Assembly: GCF_001945605.1 (NCBI RefSeq)
Contig: NZ_MPKA01000044.1
Location: 120,001-152,000, forward strand
DNA: 32,000 nt
Direction of reading: 5' to 3'
From: Dubosiella newyorkensis
GTDB lineage: Bacteria; Bacillota_I; Bacilli_A; Erysipelotrichales; Erysipelotrichaceae
The translations under genes were made by a program, and so were the position numbers. Below, piece after piece: positions 19,367-27,481 of the stretch. Numbering within the stretch: position 1 is the first letter of the stretch; each line of letters starts with the position of its first letter. Below the pieces are notes generated by a model. That model made no database searches. It worked only from the letters and a program-made list of their open reading frames with translations, and had not been told where the DNA came from.

Positions 19367-20494
19367 ATGGCAGAAAACAAAAGGGATTATTATGAGGTTT
19401 TAGGTGTCGATCGAACTTCGAGCACTGAACAAATCAAGAAAGCATATAGAAAGCTGGCCATGAAGTATCATCCTGATGTGAACAAGGAACCTGGGGCGGA
19501 AGATCGTTTTAAGGAGATCAATGAGGCCTATGAAGTGCTGAGCGATGAGACGAAACGGAAAAACTACGATATGTATGGTTTTGCGGGTGTGGATTCGAGC
19601 TTTGGCGGCGCTGGCGGATTCAACGCTGGCGGTTTTGGTGGCTTCGATGATCTAGGCGATATTTTCAGTTCGTTCTTTGGAGGTGGCTTCGCCTCTTCTT
19701 CAAGAGGATATCGTCAAGCGAACCAGCCTCGTCAAGGCTCGGATCGTTATATGGAAATGCGCATCAACTTTATGGATGCTGTCTTTGGAAAGACCGAATC
19801 GATTTCTTTGGATGTGGATGAACCGTGCAAACATTGTCATGGGACTGGCGCCGAATCGAAAGAGGATATCGAGGTATGTTCTGAATGTCATGGAACAGGA
19901 ACGGTCATGGAACAGATCAATACGCCTTTTGGTCGGATCCAGCAACAAAAAGTTTGTGGCAAATGTCATGGTACGGGAGAAACGATCAAAGAAAAATGCC
20001 ATGTCTGTCACGGAAAGGGCTACGAACATAAAAAGGTCAAGCTCGATATCAAGATTCCAGAAGGAATTTTGACAGGACAGCAGATCCGTATTCCGGGAAA
20101 AGGCAATGTTGGAGAAAATGGAGGGCCAAACGGCGACCTTTATATTGAGATCATCGTAAATCCTGATCCAGTCTTCACTCGTCAAGGAAATGATATTCAT
20201 GTGACGGTTCCGATCAGCGCGATTGACGCGACGATTGGCGCGACATTAGAAGTTCCTACGGTTCATGGAAAAGTTGAATTGAAGATTCCAGAAGGAACCC
20301 AGCCAGATCAAGTGTTCCGCTTAAAGGGAAAAGGGGTCAAGAGCAATCGCGGACAAGGAGATGAGCTTGTCAAAGTGAAAGTTCAGATTCCAAAGAAAGT
20401 CTCGAAAAAAGAGCGCGAGCTTTATGAACAGATCCGTAGCGGAAAACACGCGAGCGTATTCGATAAGATCAAAGACGCTTTTGATGGTAACTAA
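19367..20494 (+). CDS. dnaJ: Co-chaperone DnaJ (Hsp40)
   Basis: J domain with HPD (KYHPDVNK), a G/F-rich linker and four CxxCxGxG zinc motifs ([32 protein letters not shown]). Confidence 0.97.
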   Translation: MAENKRDYYEVLGVDRTSSTEQIKKAYRKLAMKYHPDVNKEPGAEDRFKEINEAYEVLSDETKRKNYDMYGFAGVDSSFGGAGGFNAGGFGGFDDLGDIFSSFFGGGFASSSRGYRQANQPRQGSDRYMEMRINFMDAVFGKTESISLDVDEPCKHCHGTGAESKEDIEVCSECHGTGTVMEQINTPFGRIQQQKVCGKCHGTGETIKEKCHVCHGKGYEHKKVKLDIKIPEGILTGQQIRIPGKGNVGENGGPNGDLYIEIIVNPDPVFTRQGNDIHVTVPISAIDATIGATLEVPTVHGKVELKIPEGTQPDQVFRLKGKGVKSNRGQGDELVKVKVQIPKKVSKKERELYEQIRSGKHASVFDKIKDAFDGN

Positions 20495-20524
20495 AACAAG
20501 ACTATAAAACGTCTTGTTTTTTTT
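20493..20524 (+). terminator. Rho-independent terminator of the dnaK operon
   Basis: ACAAGAC-TATAAAAC-GTCTTGT (7-bp stem, extendable by A:T pairs) followed by T8. Confidence 0.8.
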
Positions 20525-20618
20525 ATTCGAGAGAAATCGTTAATTCTTGAAAAATCGTTGATAAATTCGAGAAAAATCGTTAATTCTTCATAAAATCGTT
20601 GATAAATTCGAGAAAATC
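20525..20618. repeat. Tandem direct repeat, about 40-bp unit x 2.3, with 18-22-bp sub-periodicity
   Basis: Copy 1 is 20525-20564 (ATTCGAGAGAAATCGTTAATTCTTGAAAAATCGTTGATAA). Copy 2 is 20565-20605 with 3 changes plus a 1-nt insertion. Partial copy 3 is 20606-20618. The core AAATCGTT occurs at 20534, 20552, 20574 and 20593, with a degenerate AAATCTT at about 20614. Confidence 0.85.
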
Positions 20619-20646
20619 TTTATCTTTAAGAGTAAGGAGATATAAA

Positions 20647-22104
20647 ATGTTGAAAGAAGAATTGCGAGAACTTGTTAAGCAAATTCAAATCGATCGTTGT
20701 GAAACGAATCGTATTGAACTTAAAAGCGCTCAGCAAGGATGTCCTAAGAAGCTCTATGGCACATTATCCTCGTTTTCGAATCAAGATGAAGGAGGTGTGA
20801 TTATTTTTGGAATTGATGAATCAAATTTTAATATTTGTGGGGTCTATGATGCGAATGATCTTCAGAAAAAAATCAATGCAAAATGCAAAGAAATGATTCC
20901 AGCAGTTCGGGCTCACATGAGCGTATGTACTATCGATGATCAGCAAGTAGTATCCGCTGAAATTCCAGGAGTCGATTATACGCAAAGACCAGTGTATTAT
21001 TCTGGAAAAGGAATCGTTAAAGGTTCTTATGTTCGAGTTGGTGATAGCGATGAGCCAATGAGCGAATATGAAGTGTATAAATATCAAGCTTATAAAAAAG
21101 GGATCCATGAAGAGCAAAGGATCGTTAAAGATGGATGGGTTTTGCAAGATCAAGACCGAATAAAGAAATATTTAGATGCGGTCAAAAAAGATCGGCCCAA
21201 TTTATTTTCAACTTTGAGTGATCAAGATATTTTGAAAATGATGAAAGTAGAAAAAGAACAGCTACCAACTATAGCGGGGCTCTTTGTTTTTTCCAAATTT
21301 CCTCAAAGCGCGTTTCCAGATCTATGCGTGACAGCTGTTGTGATTCCTGGACTGAATCGAGGAGATGAGATAGACGGAAGTGTCCGCTTTCTAGACAATC
21401 GTCGAATAACGGGTTCGATTCCCGATATGCTTGAAGAAACGATAGAATTTATTTCTAAAAATAGTCGACATCGAACGATCATCGACCACACAGGAAAAAG
21501 AGTAGATGAACCTGAATATCCAATCCGAGCCATAAGGGAATTGGTGTTAAATGCTCTAATTCATAGAGATTATAGTATGCATACAGAAAATTCTCCCATT
21601 CGTGTGGAAATGTATAATGACCGTCTTGAAATCACGAATAGTGGAGGAATCTATGGAAGAATGCCTGTCGAAAAACTTGGCTTAGAAAGTCCAGAAACAA
21701 GAAATAGTGTGTTAACGAATCTTTTAGAAATTCTAGGATATAGTGAAAATAGATTTTCGGGGATCCCTGTTGTACGCAATGAAATGAAGAGTAGAGGCTT
21801 GCCGGAACCTGAATTTATCGATACACATCGTGAATTTAAAGTGATTCTTCGATCCGATTTATTAGAAAACAAAGACAAACAATCAAATTCTTTGTTGATC
21901 GAAGAGCAGAGACAGCTTTTGGAATATTGTAGACAACCACGATCTCGCAAAGAAATTTCTGAATATGTTGGAAAAACTCAAAATTATGTGATGCAGCAAA
22001 TCATTCAGCCTCTGCTTCAACAAAACGTATTGAGGATGACTATGCCTGAAAAGCCGAAAAGTCGTTATCAAAAGTTTGTAACGAATACAGAAACGACATC
22101 ATAA
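20647..22104 (+). CDS. AlbA_2 (Schlafen-like) plus HATPase_c_4 (RecG C-terminal-like) plus C-terminal wHTH protein, putative regulator/ATP-binding protein
   Basis: The N-terminal region fits AlbA_2 (NRIELKSAQQG...LSSFSNQDEGGVIIFGIDES...GSYVRVGDSDEPMSEYEV). The central motif IRELVLNALIHRDY...LEITNSGG...ETRNSVL...ENRFSGIP is characteristic of HATPase_c_4. The C-terminal wHTH-like segment is RSRKEISEYVGKTQNYVMQQIIQPLLQQNVL. I prefer ATG 20647 (AAGGAGA 7 nt upstream). Confidence 0.8.
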   Translation: MLKEELRELVKQIQIDRCETNRIELKSAQQGCPKKLYGTLSSFSNQDEGGVIIFGIDESNFNICGVYDANDLQKKINAKCKEMIPAVRAHMSVCTIDDQQVVSAEIPGVDYTQRPVYYSGKGIVKGSYVRVGDSDEPMSEYEVYKYQAYKKGIHEEQRIVKDGWVLQDQDRIKKYLDAVKKDRPNLFSTLSDQDILKMMKVEKEQLPTIAGLFVFSKFPQSAFPDLCVTAVVIPGLNRGDEIDGSVRFLDNRRITGSIPDMLEETIEFISKNSRHRTIIDHTGKRVDEPEYPIRAIRELVLNALIHRDYSMHTENSPIRVEMYNDRLEITNSGGIYGRMPVEKLGLESPETRNSVLTNLLEILGYSENRFSGIPVVRNEMKSRGLPEPEFIDTHREFKVILRSDLLENKDKQSNSLLIEEQRQLLEYCRQPRSRKEISEYVGKTQNYVMQQIIQPLLQQNVLRMTMPEKPKSRYQKFVTNTETTS

Positions 22105-22114
22105 CACGAATATT

Positions 22115-22156
22115 AAAAAGGAAGCCAGAATTCTAGATCCTAGTTTCCTTTTTTTT
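22115..22156. terminator. Possible bidirectional terminator between convergent genes
   Basis: AAAAAGGAA ... TTCCTTTTT arms (9 bp) around a 21-nt loop that contains a small CTAG/CTAG stem, with T8 on the + side. The structure is imperfect. Confidence 0.35.
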
Positions 22157-22607
22157 AGATTCGAGAAGAAAGAGTTCGAGCTTCCCGAAGAGTGGTGGCC
22201 ATTCCTTCATAATGCATGCCATATAGAGCTCCAAAACGAGAAATCGTATATTCTCCGCTTTCCAGCATAGCCTTGGTAGGAGCAGCTCCTTGATAGACTA
22301 AAAATAATTTTTTACCATGCATAGACCCTTCTGGAACTTGACCGTAAAAACGGTCAAGAAGGACTCGAAGACCACCTGACAAGTTGTGCCAATAGACAGG
22401 AGAGCCAAGAACGACGACATCCGCTTTTTTGATCTTTTCGAGAATTTCATCAAATTGATCGCCAGGAAGTCTCGAACCATACGAATTGATTCGATAATCT
22501 GCTAACGTGATCATCTCATAAGAATGTCCTTCCAGAAGAGCGGCCGCAAGCCGAGCTGTATTTCCGTTCTTTTCAGGGCTTGAATTGATAAATAAAATTC
22601 TTTCCAT
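22155..22607 (-). CDS. Flavodoxin-like fold NAD(P)H-dependent FMN reductase family protein
   Basis: ILFINSSPEKNGNTARLA and VVVLGSPVYWHNLSGGLRVLLDR motifs. I prefer the MERILF start at 22607 (AGGAGAAGG RBS) over 22628. Confidence 0.75.
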   Translation of the reverse strand: MERILFINSSPEKNGNTARLAAALLEGHSYEMITLADYRINSYGSRLPGDQFDEILEKIKKADVVVLGSPVYWHNLSGGLRVLLDRFYGQVPEGSMHGKKLFLVYQGAAPTKAMLESGEYTISRFGALYGMHYEGMATTLREARTLSSRI

Positions 22608-22733
22608 ATCCTTCTCCTTTTTATTCAAGACGATTATTGATCCTCCAAGATAGAGACAATTGTGTCAGACTTAGCGTCTGTGCATCGAGAAATTTGATAA
22701 AGCTTGGAAAAAGCTTCGGCTTATCGTACGATT

Positions 22734-23576
22734 TTAATGAAGCTTGAACAAAGATTCGATGATCGCAGGATCATAGTGATCAAAGAAGCTGCTTGTTTTC
22801 TCGTCGAGGGAAGCGATTTTTTTCATATCCTCTTTTGTTAATTCAAAATCAAAGATATCGATATTTTGTTCCATTCTTTCTTTTTTTACCGATTTGGAAA
22901 GGGGGACGATATTCCTTTGAACAAGCCAGCGCAAAATAACTTGCGCGACACTTTTCTGATGTTCTTCGGCAATTTCGCTTAATATTGGATTCGTGAACAT
23001 ATTGTTTCGACCTTCCGCAAACGGCGCCCAAGCCTCCATTTGAATGCCATATTTTTCATTCCATTTTTGGGCTTCGATCTGCTGCATGAACGGATTGACC
23101 TCGACTTGATTGACGGAGGGAATGATTTCAACATTCAAACAAAGATCGACAAGACGATCTGGAAAGAAGTTGCTTACACCAATAGCGCGGATCTTACCTT
23201 CTTTATACAAATCTTCTAACGCTCGATAAGCCCCATAATAGTCCGCATACGCTTGATGAAGCAAAACAAGGTCAATATAATCGACTCCCAATTTTTTTAA
23301 AGACTCTTCCACCGACGCTTTACATTTGTCGTAGCCATAATTTGTGATCCAAACCTTTGTGGTGATAAACAATTCTTCGCGAGGAACCGATGTTTGAGCA
23401 ATCGCTTTTCCGACAGCTTCTTCATTGCCATACGATTGGGCGGTATCGATCAAACGATAGCCCGTTTCGATCGCTTCTAAAACGGCCTTTGTGCATTCTT
23501 CTGGATCTTGAACTTGAAACACTCCAAAACCAGCTGCAGGCATTTGAATACCATTGTTCAATCGCTTTTCTTTCAT
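22734..23576 (-). CDS. Aldo/keto reductase
   Basis: Catalytic tetrad context (LIDTAQSYGNE, ITTKVW, LLHQ) and C-terminal VAQVILRWLVQRNIVPLSKS. AAAGGAGAAAAT RBS. Confidence 0.9.
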   Translation of the reverse strand: MKEKRLNNGIQMPAAGFGVFQVQDPEECTKAVLEAIETGYRLIDTAQSYGNEEAVGKAIAQTSVPREELFITTKVWITNYGYDKCKASVEESLKKLGVDYIDLVLLHQAYADYYGAYRALEDLYKEGKIRAIGVSNFFPDRLVDLCLNVEIIPSVNQVEVNPFMQQIEAQKWNEKYGIQMEAWAPFAEGRNNMFTNPILSEIAEEHQKSVAQVILRWLVQRNIVPLSKSVKKERMEQNIDIFDFELTKEDMKKIASLDEKTSSFFDHYDPAIIESLFKLH

Positions 23577-23591
23577 ATTTTCTCCTTTAAT

Positions 23592-24446
23592 TTATTCGTG
23601 GATCTTGATCGCGGTCAGTCGTTTTTCGACAGCAGGATCTTCAGGATCGTGCGTTCCTTTTCCCGTATCGAGTGTTCGGATCGCGTCCATATCCTCTTGA
23701 CTCAATTCAAAATTTTGAATATCTAGATTGGTAGCCATATGTTCTGGATTTAACGATTTTGGCAAAGAGACGATTCCTTCTTGATAAAGCCAGCGAAGAA
23801 TGACCTGGACTGTTGATTTATTATGTTTCTTTGCGATTTCCTGCAAGAGTGGATTGGATAGAAGCTCTTTATTTCCATGACCGAGCGGATACCAAGCCTC
23901 TACTACTATCCCATAAGGTTCCATGATCTTTCGCAGCTCTTTTTGCTGGAAGGTCGGATTGCATTCGACTTGATTGACGCCAGGAAGGATCCGGCAATCC
24001 TTGATAAAAGATTCAAAGATCTTAGGTGTTTGGTTTGAGATCCCGATCGCTTTGAGCTTTCCTGCATCTACCGCTTCTTCCATCGCCTTCCAGGCATCTT
24101 TTAAGTCTCCATAAGGCTGATGGATCAAATAAAGATCGATATAATCCGTATCTAAATTTTTTAAGGATTGCTCAATTCCATATTTAGCACCTTCATAACT
24201 GTTGTCCTGTACCCACAATTTAGAGGTAATAAAAACATCTTCTCGTTTTAATCCAGAATCTTTGATCGCTTTTGCGACATCCGTTTCGTTGCCATATCCT
24301 GCTGCCGTATCGATATGACGATATCCGCATTTCAGCGCGTTCAATACAGCCTCATAACAAGGACCATCGTTAGAGATCAAAAATGTGCCAAACCCTTCGG
24401 AAGGAATTTGCGTTCCCGAATTTAATGAGATCATCAATGGTTTCAT
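23592..24446 (-). CDS. Aldo/keto reductase (paralog of the downstream gene)
   Basis: HIDTAAGYGNE, ITSKLW, LIHQP and VQVILRWLYQEGIVSLPKS motifs. AAGGAGAAAG RBS. Confidence 0.9.
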   Translation of the reverse strand: MKPLMISLNSGTQIPSEGFGTFLISNDGPCYEAVLNALKCGYRHIDTAAGYGNETDVAKAIKDSGLKREDVFITSKLWVQDNSYEGAKYGIEQSLKNLDTDYIDLYLIHQPYGDLKDAWKAMEEAVDAGKLKAIGISNQTPKIFESFIKDCRILPGVNQVECNPTFQQKELRKIMEPYGIVVEAWYPLGHGNKELLSNPLLQEIAKKHNKSTVQVILRWLYQEGIVSLPKSLNPEHMATNLDIQNFELSQEDMDAIRTLDTGKGTHDPEDPAVEKRLTAIKIHE

Positions 24447-24526
24447 CGTGCTTTCTCCTTTTTTTTCTTCTTACAATATTTATTTTATTTGGATTGTGGC
24501 GAGCGTCCACTATCGCTTGGACATCA

Positions 24527-24535
24527 TGCTATAAT
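24527..24535 (+). promoter_or_regulatory. Extended -10 (TGcTATAAT) promoter element for the LysR gene
   Basis: TGCTATAAT lies 26 nt upstream of ATG 24561. No clear -35. Confidence 0.45.
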
Positions 24536-24560
24536 TAAAAAGTATAGTAGGAGAACACAT

Positions 24561-25418
24561 ATGGAATTTGATCAATTGGAGTATTTGATTGCTTTTGGAA
24601 AATATAGAACTTTATCGAAAGCTGCTGAAAAATTAAATATTTCGCAGCCCGCCTTGACGCGAGCGATGCAAAAGCTTGAGTTCGATTTTAAAGTTCCGTT
24701 GTTTGCGAGAACCAAAAATCGGATCGTCTTCAATGAAAATGGAGAGTTTGCCTTGAAATTGGCGCAAGATATGATCCGACAAAAAGAAGCGATGTATCGG
24801 AAAATTCTCGCGTTCGATCAAGCCAACCAGCATATCGTGATCGACTCATGTGCCCCAATGCCTTTAGCGGGCTTTCGGCATTTGCTTTTGAAAAAAAAAA
24901 CCAGCCAACAGATCACAAGTGAACTTGAAGAGGATGAGGAGATGATCATTGAAGCGGTATTAGAAGGACAAGTCACGATTGGAATCTTAAGTCGTCCTAT
25001 ATCGATCAAAGGGTTTCGGTGCTTACATCTCTGTTCAGAACGATTGTATTTATCGTTGCGAAAAGACCATGAATTTGCTCATGAGAAAAGTTTAAGTTTT
25101 CAACAAATCGACGGAATGAGCATTCTAGTGAAAAAGGAAATTGGTGTTTGGGCCGCTCTTTGTCGAAAGGCGCTTCCCAAAAGTAAATTGCTGTTTCAAG
25201 AGAATCGAGAAGTCTACGATGAAATCATGCGAATGTCGATCTTGCCTGTATTTCGTACCGATCTTTCTTCCAAAAAAGATGATGACAGCCGCGTCTTGAT
25301 CCCGATCAAGGATCGATTTGCCCAACTTGATTTTTATGTTTTCTATTCTTCAGAACTCGATACCCGTTTCCGAAAGATCATCGAAAACTTTGACGAAGTA
25401 GATTGGAGAGCGGTTTGA
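24561..25418 (+). CDS. LysR-family transcriptional regulator
   Basis: N-terminal HTH (LEYLIAFGKYRTLSKAAEKLNISQPALTRAMQKLE). Divergent from the AKR/reductase genes. I prefer ATG 24561 (TAGGAGAA RBS). Confidence 0.88.
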   Translation: MEFDQLEYLIAFGKYRTLSKAAEKLNISQPALTRAMQKLEFDFKVPLFARTKNRIVFNENGEFALKLAQDMIRQKEAMYRKILAFDQANQHIVIDSCAPMPLAGFRHLLLKKKTSQQITSELEEDEEMIIEAVLEGQVTIGILSRPISIKGFRCLHLCSERLYLSLRKDHEFAHEKSLSFQQIDGMSILVKKEIGVWAALCRKALPKSKLLFQENREVYDEIMRMSILPVFRTDLSSKKDDDSRVLIPIKDRFAQLDFYVFYSSELDTRFRKIIENFDEVDWRAV

Positions 25419-25549
25419 TCTTCTAATCTTATGAATATCCTATTTTTGAATGTGAAATATAGGAAAAAAGATCAAAACAGCCGATGGAAAAAAGCTTTGA
25501 CAGACAAATCAAAAAGAACAAGATAGGATGAAGCCACAAGGAGGAAAGC

Positions 25550-26146
25550 ATGAACCAAGAAGAACAAGAAAAGAAATGCTTGTATCTAGGAAGCCGTCTT
25601 CAAAGACTGCGCGCCCAATACAACTGGTCGCAGCAAGAACTCGCTGATCAAGTTTATGTGACTCGTCAGACAATTTCCAATTGGGAGACGGGTAAGAATT
25701 ATCCGGACCTGCAGAGCTTGTTGTTGTTGAGCAAGATCTTTGCGATAAGCCTAGATGACCTTGTAAAAGGAGACTTAGAAATTATGCGTGAAACGATCAA
25801 ACGTTCCGACATCCATTCTATGTATGTTTATACATACTTGATGATCGGTTTAATTATGGCCGCGATCATCGCCTTTGGATTGGCGATCCATCGATTTGGA
25901 TGGCCAGGGTATCTTTTAGCCATCGTTCTTTACTTCCTTTCTTTAGTGGTGGCGATTCGAATCGAAAAAATCAAAAAACAATACGATGTCCAGACGTATC
26001 GAGAGATCTCGGCATTTATGGAAGGAAAAAGATTGAACGAGATCGAAACGATCCGTGAATCGGGCAAAAGAGGATATCAAAACATCTTTAAAGTTGTGGC
26101 AGGCGCGCTGATCGGAATCTTGATTTGTCTCGTGTTGTTCCACTAA
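25550..26146 (+). CDS. Membrane-anchored XRE-family (HTH_3) transcriptional regulator
   Basis: HTH (LGSRLQRLRAQYNWSQQELADQVYVTRQTISNWETGKNYPDLQSLLLLSKIF) followed by three hydrophobic TM-like segments. AAGGAGGAAAG RBS. Confidence 0.8.
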   Translation: MNQEEQEKKCLYLGSRLQRLRAQYNWSQQELADQVYVTRQTISNWETGKNYPDLQSLLLLSKIFAISLDDLVKGDLEIMRETIKRSDIHSMYVYTYLMIGLIMAAIIAFGLAIHRFGWPGYLLAIVLYFLSLVVAIRIEKIKKQYDVQTYREISAFMEGKRLNEIETIRESGKRGYQNIFKVVAGALIGILICLVLFH

Positions 26147-26170
26147 AAAAGCCGCTTAGGCGGATTTTTT
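26145..26170. terminator. Bidirectional terminator between convergent genes
   Basis: A6-G-CCGC-TTAG-GCGG-A-T6. The GC stem is short (4 bp) and extended by A:T pairs. Both stop codons lie within it or next to it. Confidence 0.5.
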
Positions 26171-26836
26171 CGCTTTATAAAGAAAATAAACATCGATGCT
26201 TAAGCATACAGCGGCGATCAGCGTCACATAGTGCCCGATCAGACGAGAAAGAAAAGCGCCGATCGTAACGCTTACTAAAAAGACGAAGACCAAGATCACA
26301 CTCAATATAAAACGGTACAGATCATCGTTGTCTTTTAAATGAATATATTTAACGAGTCTTTCTACGGCTTCTCTTAAATTTCCATTGAGATAGACGGTCG
26401 CTAAAGGAATATGGTGGATCCTGCGAAAGGCGATCGCCTGCATGCCGCATACTAATCCAAAAAGCGGATTGGCCAATGCGTTCCAAGAAAGGGGAAGCAA
26501 ACTCGCTATAATGATCAAAACGATTTCACAAAGAGCGGGCGCGATCCGCCATCCCTTTCTTTTATCATGCATTTGAAAGTGTGTTCCAAGCACGACGCCA
26601 ATCACAAATAAAAGCACTGGAAACGTGTATTTTAAGATTTGTGAAAAATCACCATTCGAAATATCGATCCCAAGATACAGCAAGTTTCCTGTCTGGCTGG
26701 ATGCGAAGACTTTTCCTCGCGTGACATAGCATCCAGAATCTAAGATGCCTACGCAAGCCGATGCCAAAACGCCAACGAGCAAAGAATCCTCGCCATAATG
26801 TTCATCTTCAATGATTTGTTTTACGGGTTCGATCAT
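26156..26836 (-). CDS. YoaK-like (DUF1275/UPF0700) integral membrane protein
   Basis: About six TM segments; ASSQTGNLLYLGI resembles the family TGN motif. This call relies on memory of the family. Confidence 0.6.
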   Translation of the reverse strand: MIEPVKQIIEDEHYGEDSLLVGVLASACVGILDSGCYVTRGKVFASSQTGNLLYLGIDISNGDFSQILKYTFPVLLFVIGVVLGTHFQMHDKRKGWRIAPALCEIVLIIIASLLPLSWNALANPLFGLVCGMQAIAFRRIHHIPLATVYLNGNLREAVERLVKYIHLKDNDDLYRFILSVILVFVFLVSVTIGAFLSRLIGHYVTLIAAVCLSIDVYFLYKAKKSA

Positions 26837-26890
26837 AGAAATAAAGCTCCTTTTCTTAATTCTAAAAGGAAAGATGGAGTTTGAGAAAAG

Positions 26891-27304
26891 TTATGCTTTT
26901 TTTAGAAAGAACATCGTAAACGTGGCGCGGCACAACAAGTCGTCGTGATCGTTGAAAATAAACACTTCATAGACACCAATCGTTTTTCCGGCACTGATCT
27001 GGTTAGCGATCCCGATCAGTTTTCCACCTGTTCCAGGCTTGATATAGTTGATCGTTCCACTCAGCGTGACACTATCTCTTCCTGTCGCAAAACTCGCCGA
27101 TCCCGCGACCGTATCGGCTAGAGAAAACAAAGCCCCGCCATGAACAAACCCGTGAATATTGAGGATCTGTTCATCGATGACCATTTCCACTTTCGCGTAG
27201 CCTTCATCCAGCTCGACGACTTTCATATCGTTGCTTTGAAGATATTGACTGCCCGAATTTAAGCGGGCCATAAGCGATTCCAATTCTTTTTTTGTATGTT
27301 TCAT
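26891..27304 (-). CDS. PaaI-family hotdog-fold acyl-CoA thioesterase
   Basis: NIHGFVHGGALFSLADTVAGSA motif; length about 137 aa. Confidence 0.8.
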   Translation of the reverse strand: MKHTKKELESLMARLNSGSQYLQSNDMKVVELDEGYAKVEMVIDEQILNIHGFVHGGALFSLADTVAGSASFATGRDSVTLSGTINYIKPGTGGKLIGIANQISAGKTIGVYEVFIFNDHDDLLCRATFTMFFLKKA

Positions 27305-27481
27305 ACAGGTATTTTACAAAAAACCATAAAAAAAAGAAAATGCATTTGAATTGTGTGTAAATATTCGTTATGTTAAGATATTCGTGAAATGTAAGAGCTT
27401 TTATTATTTTATACGCAAACCCAATATTGGTTTCAGTTTTAGAAATATGTGAACAATCACATAAAAACAAGGAGGAAAAAT

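Noticed and set aside
20525-20618. CRISPR array
   Set aside because: There are only about 2.3 directly abutting copies with no unique spacers and no cas genes. This is a tandem repeat, not a CRISPR.
24505-24522. GTCCA-N8-TGGAC dyad in the AKR/LysR divergent region as the LysR box
   Set aside because: The spacing does not fit the classical T-N11-A LTTR motif and the arms are only 5 bp. It is plausible but not supportable from sequence alone.
27390-27403. cre (CcpA) site TGTAAGAGCTTTTA upstream of manX
   Set aside because: It has mismatches at the central CG and at the distal conserved C of WTGNAANCGNWNNCW, which is too weak to call.
27421-27445. Sigma-54 (-24/-12) promoter for the man operon, as in ManR/LevR-regulated systems
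   Set aside because: There is no TGGCAC-N5-TTGCW-like element. TTGGTTTCAGTTTTAG lacks the -12 GC, and no sigma-54 activator gene is nearby.
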